DNA of 64,000 nt. It comes from Phoronis australis. Taxonomy: Eukaryota; Animalia; Phoronida. Within the stretch, counting starts at the first letter, position 1. Every line of letters starts with the position of its first letter. A program made the position numbers and the translations under genes. The stretch spans positions 62,001 through 126,000 of the forward strand of contig NMRA01000755.1 in the NCBI GenBank assembly GCA_002633005.1. The letters run 5' to 3'. The notes beneath the pieces were generated by a model that saw only the letters and a program-made list of their open reading frames with translations, did no database searches and was not told the DNA's origin. Shown piece after piece: positions 38,401-50,400 of the stretch.

Positions 38401-41400
38401 ACTGTCCCAATTGGAGGAATTTTACTGTAGTTGGAAAATAATCAGTTATGTTTTTTGCACCAGAACTTTTTTAATTTCGATGTCCAGTTTATTTTGAACT
38501 ACTGTATTAGTTTCATGCAAAACACCTGCTTGCGGATTAAAACCTGAAGTATTGAAGACAGCTATAATCATTGGACCCTGATTACCTTTCTCAGTCAGTC
38601 TTCAAAAGAATGTAAACCTTTTGCAAAATATGAGTGCTTTCAAGCACTCATATTTTAACAGAGAAAGGCTTCAAAAGTTATTATCAACTCATGCATTGTA
38701 ATTAATTTTGTTGGCATCCTTTTAAATATAGTTATTTGCTAGGAATTATTGATAGTCAGTGTTTTAATTTTTTACAACCTTTTGCATTGACTTCATTTTG
38801 ATTTTTGCTTGACACCTTCACCGCTGATTACAGGTGTTGCTCCTGCAGAATCCCGACTTATTGCCCCACCCCACGCAGAAGCTGGCAGCCATATTTCTTC
38901 TCTATGAGATGTATCGAACAGAACAAGTTGCTGCCAACCCTTTTGCTTCAGTCTTCGTCCATTTACTGGTAACAGCGGTTTATTGTATAAATTGAAATGT
39001 TCACAAATTCCCGTCATTTGACACTCACATTAATTTTTGTAATTTAAATTTGTGAATAGGTGTTTAATTTATCTTAGCGGCTCTCTTTTGTAACCCAGGA
39101 TGTATGTCAGGGGCATGGCAGTGATGGGTAGCCAAATTAATTAATTTACTCAACAACTTAACTGTGTGTTGATAGATGTACTGGACAAGTGTTGAATTCT
39201 TGAATTTGTCAATTGTGTCTATAATTATTGTGATGATTTTGCCTTCCAGGTTACCAGAGTTATTGTAAAACTTATTGTTCATATTTGCTTGATTGTATTA
39301 TATGGTGTAGGCACATAATTATGCATATCTTAAACTGGTGTGGAAAATGTAGATCACAAACAGTTAAGTCTGGTCTGCACGCCACCTATTGGCCGCATTA
39401 CGTGACATTATTGAAGTCCACAAAAATTGCTGCAGGGATAGCTGAAGGTCCTGGGTTCGAGTTCGGGTCAAGGGCAGAAATCTTTTCGGACTTATGTTCA
39501 TTAGGTCAGGTGATGTGGCCAATAGGTGGCATGAAAACCAGACATCAATGTTTGTGATTGTGTAGGGACATTGAAACTTTTGCCTCCCAGCATAGAGTGA
39601 ATTCGGGAGATTTCATCTACTGAGCTTCTGTTATTTTTGAAATGTGTGGTCGGACGGTTGCTGACTCGTAAACGTCCAGTGACATCATGTGGATAACTGT
39701 GTCATTGGATGTATAATTTGCAATCAGTTGGTGAGATTTAACTTCGGCATGTTCGGATAGTGCATCAGGCCTTCATCTGAAGGGTGTCCAGTGAGTCCAA
39801 ATGGGCACCCTGAGTCAAATATACACTCCGTCCATGTAAAGTAAGCGTGGTTGTTTCTTTTAACTTACTAGCTGCATCTCTGGGAGCTCATTGGCCTGTC
39901 CAGAATAAAAAAATGATGGTTTAGAAAAGATGCATGCATGAGTGATTTGCGCAAAAGGTTTTGTTAATCTGTGTATTTATGCATTTGGAAGTTGGCTGTC
40001 AATCTTGTATTGTTCTATGAATCGATGTTTCTTTGCCATGTGTTGTTTGTCGGGTAAAATGGTGGATACAAAATTGTGCCAAGAATGCTGCATTGTGATT
40101 GGTCAGTTAAGCCGTCACTCAAAATCCTGGTGATAGGTCAATTCTAGTGTGCTCAAGCAACAAGTGTTGTTTTCTTTTGTTGTTTACCCATGGTCAAGTT
40201 ATTGATGATGTCAACATGTGTTTACCAGCCAACAACCATCCCACAATGCATTTGGAAAATGACAGAAGCATGAAATCTTCCAAAATGAGATTTGTATGGA
40301 TAGGCTACTAAGAAGGTGACCACCTGTCATAATCTCTTTGCTCTTCTGTTTCAGAACTCCCCTATGGACCACAGTGACCCTGGCCAACATAAAGAATACC
40401 ATTGGGCTATTCCCAAGATTTCTAGCGCAGAACGTTACTTCCTGTCTCAGTTAATATCAAGTCCTTCCAAGGAGGTTTGTTTAAGGGTACTGGTCGGAAC
40501 CAGTTTCCTCCACAGAATAATGGGCATCAAACTGGTTCTCAAAATGCAGGCTTGTTATATCCGACTATTGCCTGTTTAAGTATTGACAGTGCATTCCTCA
40601 AAAACACAAGAACACTCATCTGTTTTTAGGTTCATTTGACTAGAGAATGGAAACATGTTGACTTACTATTTTTCTCAACCTGCGATTGTCATTGGCATAG
40701 TGCAATCAGGAGTTACTTTTTCTAGGAATAATGGTAGTGGGCGAGGCAATTAAATCCATGAGTCAGTTTTAAATCTTCAGTAGGAGGCAGGTGACTCAAC
40801 AACAACAACAGGAGAAGTGTTTCTGTGAGTTTCCTGTAACGTGGGCGACGCAGCACTGAAATAAGTGGCTATAGCCCTCCCCCCCTTAGTTAGGTAATGA
40901 TCATGACTCAGAAAATGTCAACATAAATTTATTGAGCTTTCATAGGGCTCAAATGTTTTGTTTATTCATAACTTTATAATTTCTCTGTCCTGATACAAAA
41001 CTTGTGGTGTTAAAGAGTGATGATTACATTTAGTTTTTAACTTCCACTTTGGTTTGTTTTCATCTGTTAGTTATCTGTTCTGGTCAGCGTTGATGCAGTA
41101 CTTTATTACATAGTTGTTCCTAATTTTGCAACGAAAAAGTCACCCTCGTGCCAGCTCAAAAAGGTCAAGATTTTTTTTATTGAGCGCCACATCTAAGTGC
41201 TGGTTTGAAAATGAGTCCAGCACAAACCAGAACCAGGTACGGTTATTTTTGTCCAAATCATTTTTTGTAAACAATACATTTGTTAATATTTTTAAAGCTT
41301 TCATTGTGTGTTTTGTCATTGCAGCTGTTTAAGAAGACACCGGCACAAATTTTGCAGATGGACGTTGGTAACATGCAAGTATGTTGACTTGAAATAATAA

Positions 41401-44400
41401 CATCATTAGTTTATTACAGTATTGAGCATATTCAAAGTAGTATTACACACTTCATTTTTGTTTTATTATTTCTTGACTATGCCTCACGTTAAATTTACTG
41501 CAATTAGCCTTGTAGCAACGCCCTCTACTGACAGAAACTTTCAAAGGGGCTATAAAACAGAATACACTTTCATTCGACAAAGTAATATACTTATCACTTG
41601 TTCCACTTACTTGTTGGTTTGTCGTGTTCTGTCCTTGGATTGGAAGTTATTTCTGGGCTTAAAAGAATGTATGGACCATTGTTGTCAGATCACAGACCAG
41701 GAACTGAGCAGCTGGGTCAAGCCTGGTTGTTGAGCCTGGACTTGATGAGGAATGACAAAATTCGATGAAGATTTGATGCACAAAATTGTGACAAAATTAC
41801 CATTTCTTTTTGACTGGAACTCATTTCAATACTGGCAAAATATTGACAAAGTCTTGATGTAGGTGTGGCCCCACACGTTGTCAAAATTGCGACAAGTTAC
41901 CTTGCCACTCCACTCGCAATGAAATGATTAGCGGCTATGTGCAGGTACTGTTTCATTACATTTTGTCCAATATGTAATTGCCACAAAATTTCGACTTAAT
42001 TACCAAATAATTCTAGTGAGATGTCCGTTGAAGCTTGGCGGAGTCTGACAGAGTTCTTATGAAGTCTATCCAGTTTATTTTGAAAACCACAGACTATACT
42101 TGTTTTGAGCCATTGGTATTGATGCATTGCACAATTGAAAAAAGCTCTGACATATGGGACACTCAACTATCATATGAGAGAATACAATGTACCATGGGAG
42201 AGGTGTCGTTTTGTCCTGTGAAAAATGGGTTTTGAATACTAATTGCAGCTAATTGAAATTATATTTTGGTAAATTCTAATAGAATAATTACAAAATTAAC
42301 TATTGAACCTACTTTCAACTGAAGTGGGCCAAATTTTGTTTAGACTTTTGAGAAGTCTTTACTTTTGATAAGAATGTGTTTACTGTAATTTGTTGTTAGT
42401 AGTTGTTATTTTTGTTGTTGTCATTTTAAGATAGCTGAACTAAAGACTTGCTATTTGCTTGACAGTCATTTGATGTAAGTGGCCTTCAGTTGGCCCTCGT
42501 GGAGCGACACTCTGAGATGCCAGCTGAGAGCAAAACCAGTATACCATGCGTTGTACCAGACGAAGACCAAAGACCATACACGTAAATACTGTCAGAAGTC
42601 AACGTTATCATTTCCATCTTGGTTTATACTTAGGAGTCCCACTTGTCAAATAGTGCTCACTGAATTTCACATGGCTGTTTCACTGCCAACATTTTTAGAA
42701 GTGCAGTGGCCAATTCAATTTTGAGGAAACTTTGAAAATAGAGTTCAATTAGTAAAAATGCTTTAAGATTGTTTTTGTTGGTGGATTATAGTGAGACTTT
42801 CAGTGTAAGATAAACATTCACTAGGTCATTGATATTTTTGATAGATGAAGTCATGTTAAGGCAGTTGTATAGCAGGTAAAATATTCAAAATTTCAAGTGA
42901 AAGAAACATGTATGTATGGTCAGTGATGGGTTTGGTTGAGAATACATCAACCGCTTTGGTGTATACCTCATGTGGCATTTCAAACTTTAATGAATCAATC
43001 ATTTTGAGCTTTGAGTCAATTCAACATGTCATTAGCCAATCTTGGGTCCACTGCATCAATCACAGAAGTTGAGTAGTGTACAGTTTCTTTCCGAATATGA
43101 TAAAACTGTCTTCCTGATGTCTGATTATGTCATTAAACTGTTAAGTTATCTCCCATGAAACTAAGTAAAGAATAGGCAAGTAACCAACTTGTTTGGCAGT
43201 GACAAAGTTAATAACCTAATCAACATTGAATTTTGGACAGTTGAGATAATCTGAGTGAACTTTGATGTTCAGTTGAGGCAACATTAGACAAAAGTCCCAA
43301 TTTTTGTGCTGTTAATGTTAACAGTCATTTATTTAAGCTTCTATAATCTTGCATTGCATTATGAAAACAACTTTTGATTTAGACCACTTCCATTATGAAA
43401 TTGGTCTCAAATTGTTCGTTTGTCAAATTGGAGGCGATTCCAAGGGTTCCGAAGAACTGACATTTCGTCATTGCTTGAGACCAAGCTCTACAAGTTGGCT
43501 TGTCTTTGTGTGTCATTTTATGTGCGGAACATGGTCTCAAACAATGTTCTTTGCAAACCAAAGAATCACTTTTCACCCGAGTAAGAAATAAGGTGAGACC
43601 ACTTTTATAAAGGATAAGTGGTCTAATTAATGAAAAGTTTGCTTCTTGTAATGGACACGGACATGTAGTCACGTTCAGTTACAAAACATGAAAATGCGAA
43701 GTAACAGCATAAAACTAATATGTACATGAACTTAATAGTGTATTTGGTGCATCACTTAACAATGACATGATGCAAGGCGCCTGTGATGAAAATTGTGGTT
43801 TTGTGGATTGAAAATAGCAAGTTTGCTTCCACATTTCAACGTTTCACCATCCAATCACGTCATTGGCAGCCGCGCTAGTCTACACACCCGTAGGTCTTAA
43901 GCTTGCTCGCGAAACACTCGCCAATCATTTGTGTGGTTTTGCTTGAACTCGCCAAACTTTAATTTCCAAATTGCATTTGGATTTCAGGAATCTATTCTAA
44001 TATGAACGCCCAAGATATTTCATCTAAACCTACTCTGAAATATTTGGCCTGGTTATTATTACTTAACAAAATTTGACCTTATAAATAATGAAAGGAATCT
44101 ATTGAAATTTACACACAAATTATTCACTCTTCTCAGATTTCGTCAAAGTTTTAAAACGTATATGGAGGCTGACGTATAAACAGAATGTTGTAAAATACAT
44201 GTTTCCCGCCATAATTTTGACAACAATTCTGTCTGCATTGCCTCTCCACGAAATTGTGGAATGTCTGCAATCATCTGAAGGTTTAGAGTACATTTCTCTC
44301 TCTGGAGACTGAATCAAATCTGTTCCAGTTGTTGGAACACAGTGAGTTCTCAAAATAGTGTGTAACATTTCAATTAAAGTTTTTACAATACTTGTCATCT

Positions 44401-47400
44401 ATTGAAGTTATATTGTATTGAATGCAGATTTGATCACTACAACAAGCCAGGCTGTATCAACCCTGATGTACAAAGGCAAACTACAGAGGCACTGCTGACA
44501 GGGACAGCGCCACCTGTTGAGTTTTGTATGAAGCCAGAATTCATCCGACTAGCGCCACCACTTCACATAGCAGAGGATGAGGTATAATGCATAGTATGAC
44601 AATGTTTTGTTCGCACTGAGGTATAGTTCGATAGCAGCCCTTCATTGACACGAACTTCATTGAAGATACGACAGTACTTTTTGTTTGACAGCTCAATACA
44701 GACTTGATCATAATGTCTAAACAATCTTATTTCTTCAGACATGCAGCTACGTAGCAAAATACGGAGAGACATAACAGACGAACAAATTAAAATACTGGCT
44801 ATATTTTGTCTCATCATAGCTGCACGCCTGACGAAAGTAGATTGTTTAAACTCTACGAGCGATTCTGTATTAGGCTGTCAAACAAAAAGTGCAGTCATGT
44901 CTTCAATGAAATTTTCACTGAGGCTGAACATTTGTGTGATATTCAGATCAGAGTTATGTGTTCAGTAAAAAGAAATTGTACCTTGTGGTGTTTTTGGGTT
45001 AATTTGACTCGTGTTATCTACTGTGAAAGGTGTTTTGAACCTTTTTATTAAAAACGAAATGATTGTGTCAATTCTTCAAACAAGAGATGAGAAGCTGTAA
45101 GCAAGCTACATAATGCAAGTACCGTTACAGTAATGCCTGACCAGCTGAAGGTGCTCTCCGTCAGTTCATAAAACTTACTTTTATTTATTACATGACCTCT
45201 GATGCTCCTTACCGTTGATTTCTCCAAAACTTAGATTGGCGTGTTTTTCCTGCTTGCATATACTGCCATGGTCTGCTTGTTAATGTTATTGATTTGTTGT
45301 GGAGTTTATGATTTCTGCAGCCTATAATTGGTTAGTTCGTTCATGAATAGCGACAGTTGTCGTCAGTGCTGCTCGAAAAGTGATATTACACGGGTTTTGT
45401 GGGCAACATCATCCCATCAAGCTGTTTTTATGCCAATCAGTGCACAGAAGTATTCAGTAGTCATATTATAATACATTGCATGGTATGACATCAAACCAGT
45501 ATAGTTAATTACATGGCTGCTGATACTTCTGTCCTCTGATTGGCTGGAACGCAGTATAACAACTACCAGTATAGCGTAATGTTGACCAACTCAGTTTGAA
45601 ATATTACTTGTCATTCATGCTGACTTGACATCAGACGTCAATATTAGTGATCTGACCAATCAGACGCTATGGAAAGTTGAACCCTGACCAATCAGACGCT
45701 ATGGAAAGTTGAACCCTGACCACGAAGTGAGCTGATGTTGTCACTATATCAAAGTGGGTAAACACGAGCTAATCTGTTAAGAGATGAAACAAGAGGAAAG
45801 AAACAGTGGTTGTGTACAAGACAGATCCCTCGGGCGTATCAGACTGTACGGCTCTAAGGAGAACAGCATTGCTCTCCGCCTTTGGCCACAGGCACTATTA
45901 CTCTGCCTCGGTGTGTATGACCTGATATCACCCTCGGTACTGTCCAATTTCTATTACCTGCTGGATGCATAGCTATCAAGATCTTTTTTCACTTCTCGTG
46001 TCCAGATGGTGTGGATGACTCCACTGGAGCCTGAACACATGCCAGACATAGCCTGGGATGCCACTATGTGTGTAACAAACTCTGCAGCCTCTGAAGTGCG
46101 CCGGCTCATGGTGAAGGCGTTTAAGGGACCCCTAGTACTGCAGCAGCAACAACAGTTACTGGGAGAGCTAGAGAAGGACCCCAAGCTGGTGTACCACATA
46201 GGGCTGACACCTGCAAAGGTAGGCCTTCTTAGTGGCACTTTGTTCCGTAATCATGGTACATGACTGAATATCAAGGAATGCAATGAATTCATTGAGTGTA
46301 CTAAGTTTTGCTTTATACTCGGTATAGTTTTAAAAATTGTTTTTTCTTTCAATTGCCTAAGGGTAGTTCATAACTTGTTCAAAAACATACAAAGTTCTGT
46401 TTTTGCAGACTCCTCGCTTTTCTATTATAATGGTGAGTGTTTCCTAATTGTTAATTTCCTCTCATAGTGGATATTCAACCATCATTATCAAAAAGCTTTG
46501 TTAACTACCTCCGTTGGTAGTAGTTGTCAATGACCCTGAAAATGCTTTAATGAAATGTTTAATCTGGTAAAATGTCCGTAAGTTCACAGAGTCTGTTTAT
46601 TTCAGTTACAACAAACATTTCCAATCATTTGCAGAACATTGTATGCATTAGATCACAAAGAACTAATTGAGTTTAGAACTTTGGCTACCTTGCTCAATAT
46701 ACTGATATGTGGATATTATTTTCCTATTTTATTGAAATGCCTTAAATTCATTGAAATTGGCCATTGTGTATTGTACAGTTGAGACTTTTGAAATATGCAG
46801 CACTCATATTTTAGTGGTTTACTCTTCTTTGGTCCGTTTAATTATCATGCTATGCCAAACAATGTTCAGGTCTGAGTGTGATAATTTAATCATAGGTTGT
46901 ACTCTGCTTATGAAGTCAAGTAATGTGAATGACTGCATTTTGCACTTACTGTGGACATTGGTCATTTTTGGAACTTTTGGTCTTGTTATTCTCAAAACTC
47001 TGCTATACTTTTATTTTATAAGCATTCAAATGTTTAATTCAACTGGGGACTTATTTCTAAATTATTGTTCATAGGTTATGTCTACTCTTAAGCAAGTAAA
47101 ATAATTTCTTTTCCTTCCAGCTGCCTGATTTAGTTGAAAACAATCCTCTTGTGGCCATAGAAGTTCTTCTAAAGCTCATGCCTTCTAACCAAATTACAGA
47201 GTGAGTATAATTCTCCTCAGTAGTTTCCAAAAAAGTTGATTTTTAAATTTGTCGAAATTCATCTGGCTTTGTCAGAGTTAAGAGGAAAATCAAGAACGAA
47301 AACTGACAAATTTGCCAGTCTGAGAGATTTTTGCTTTGAAAGTTCCCATGTTTTCTACAATAGCGAATTTCACCAACTTTTTTGAAAAGTAAAACTGTTT

Positions 47401-50400
47401 AATGTCCTTTTATTTAGAATTCTAATAACTTATAATTTAGTAACTAATGCAGAACTTGTAGCAAGTTTTAGTACAGAGAGACAAGACCTGATAACATTCA
47501 GTAGACATCCTGCAGTGACCGAAAGACACCAGTCTCAGTTGCCGTAGCGACAGTAACAAATGTGTTGCCATAAAATGGTTGCCTCAGGTTTACCACTAGC
47601 CTAACTATGACTCACTAAACTGAAGGGGGAAAGTGGTGTTTGTGCCATGAAATCCACCTTCACAATAATAAATGTTCAACCACACCATCATGGTAATTTA
47701 CAAAAGAGCAGTTCTTTGTTCTCCCATAAAGTCGTACACATGTGCTTGGCTGTAATTGTTTTCATTATCTTTCCACTGCGTATGATTGAATAATAGTAAA
47801 TGTAAATGATTGGAAGATTTGGCTGAGAATGAAATTCCAGGCTTCAGGACTTGCGTCCAAGTAGAATTCCTTGCTTATGCTGCATTTAAGTAATAGTCGT
47901 AGGCGTCAGATTAACTGTTTGACAAACTAACATTTTATTCTCAGTGTATGTGCTGAGAAGATAATGTACCTCTAGTATCTATGTTCAGTACTATACTTTT
48001 GTTGTCTTACATTGCAGATATTTCTCTGTGCTTGTAAACATGGAAATGTCGTTACACTCTATGGAAGTCGTCAACAGGCTAACAACTGTAAGTGTATGGT
48101 TGCCACTGAACATAGAGTAAATAGGTTCCCCAGGGAGGGACTGATTGATAACTAATTACATGTCCATCAGTTTTCCAGAATTCACTTATTTATACTTGAC
48201 AGAAATTTTAAATGAGCAGTCTATCAAAGTTCAGAGGTATTTTAATTGAATTTCGAAGGTGACAAATTAGTTATCACTATATGGGGCAGAGTTAGTATAT
48301 TTTGTGGAGTGCTTGGTCCTGTGCTATTTCCATTGATTAAAGCATCTCAACTCAGAAAATGTAAACTTCGGTCAACTCCTTTTGCAATTCCTTCATAATG
48401 AGACTACAGTTGAAAGTAGTAAAACTTTCCTTGAACATATTATTGTTGTTTTAGATGGCTTGGATTATCCAAAAAGTCCTAGCAATGATTTTAGTAACGC
48501 GCTCAAACGCAAGCACATCAAATAGTCGTGACGTAGCCCTTTCTTGACGAATTGTGTCACCACAAGAAAACAGCTGCAAAACAACAGCTCATAGCAGCAG
48601 AAGTAGTTATGAATATCTGTCAATAATCGCTGTAGAAATATGTATCTGGAAAATCGGCTGGGGGATTATTTTGCTATGACTGTATTTTTCTTGCACATTA
48701 AAATTTGACTTAGAAAACACAGTCACATGACAGTAATCACATGACGGTAGTCACATGACAGTAGTCACATGACAGTAGTCACATGACAGTAATCACATGA
48801 CAGTAATACGAAATAATAAGGAGCGTATTTACAGAATCCTCCATCTTTTTCCTCTCAGAAAATATGTACTTTATTGGTTGACAAAGCATAGTTTTTTGAT
48901 ATTTGACTTAGAGTTGAGGTTGTTAGATAACGTTGATACTCACTGCTAAAAGGTTAATTTTGCTGGTTCTTGCATGAACGCATGTGGAACTCAATTCTAA
49001 CATGGACACACAACTCTTTCCTCACCCTCGGAAAACTTACCACTCTCCACAAAACACTAATTGCACGCTTTAAAACTCTTGCCATTGACAAAGCATTTTT
49101 TACCATCATGATGGAAGCTGATCTGCAACCACATGCAACATGCAACTGGCCTACAACAAGAAGCCTCATGATTACTGAACATTATGGAATGGGTTTTATC
49201 CAGTGAGCTCAGTCATGCTTCATATGAGCTTATTATTAACAACTGGTTGTTAATGGTGATTAGTCCATTTACTTGCTGGAGCTTTCCTGAAGTTTGTAGT
49301 TGTTGTTAGGATAAATAACAGAACTGAGGGGGGGGGGGTTGTATAACAGTTCTGTGTTAAATGAGAATCCCTGTGTCACACTTTTGAACATTGCTTAACA
49401 ATGCGCATTACTGAACAAGGCTTTTGGCATTATTAGATAGTCAACCTTAGTAGTTAACAATTGTATGCAACCCAGAACTGGAGAACTACTAGGTTTTTAT
49501 GGGTAAAATAAAAAGTTGAATGGCATTTCTAAAATAAAAAATTCAAGAAAAAACAAAATTTTAAGCTTTGTTTATTCCACAATTTTCTTCTCTCCAGGCC
49601 GTAGAACTTCCATCAGAGTTCATTCATCTTTATATCTCCAACTGTATCTCAACATGTGAAACCATCAAAGACCGCTACATGCAGAACAGATTAGTGCGGC
49701 TGGTCTGTGTCTTTCTACAGTCTCTCATCAGGAACAAGATCATCGACGTCAAGGTCAGTTGTAGTCTTGCTTCATCTTCTGTCTAGCATAAGAATGAAAA
49801 TAATTACGAAGTTACGGAATGCTGTGCAATATAAGCCACCTCCGTTTGTGCTACTCCCAAAGAGTATCTGATTCCATGAGGCCTGTTGTACACACACATG
49901 CATCAATTNTGTTGTCTTACATTGCAGATATTTCTCTGTGCTTGTAAACATGGAAATGTCGTTACACTCTATGGAAGTTGTCAACAGGCTAACAACTGTA
50001 AGTGTATGGTTGCTACTGAATATGATGCACCTGATATAGTGAATAGGTTCACAAGGGAGGGACTGATTGATAACTAATTACATTTCCATTAGTTTTCCAG
50101 AATTCACTTAAAATACTTGACAGAAATTTTAGGCGAGCAGTCTATCAAATTTCAGAGGTATTTTAATTGAATTTCGAAGGTGACAAGTTAGTTATCACTT
50201 AATGGGGCAGAGTTGGTATATTTTGTGTAGTGCTTGGTCCTGTGCTATTTCCATTGATCAAAGCATCTCAACTCAGGAAATGTAAACTTCGGTCAACTCC
50301 CTTTGCAATTCCTTCATAATGAGACTACAGTTGAAAGTAGTAAAACTTTCCTTGAACATATTATTGTTGTTTTAGATGGCTTGGACTATCCAAAAAGTCC

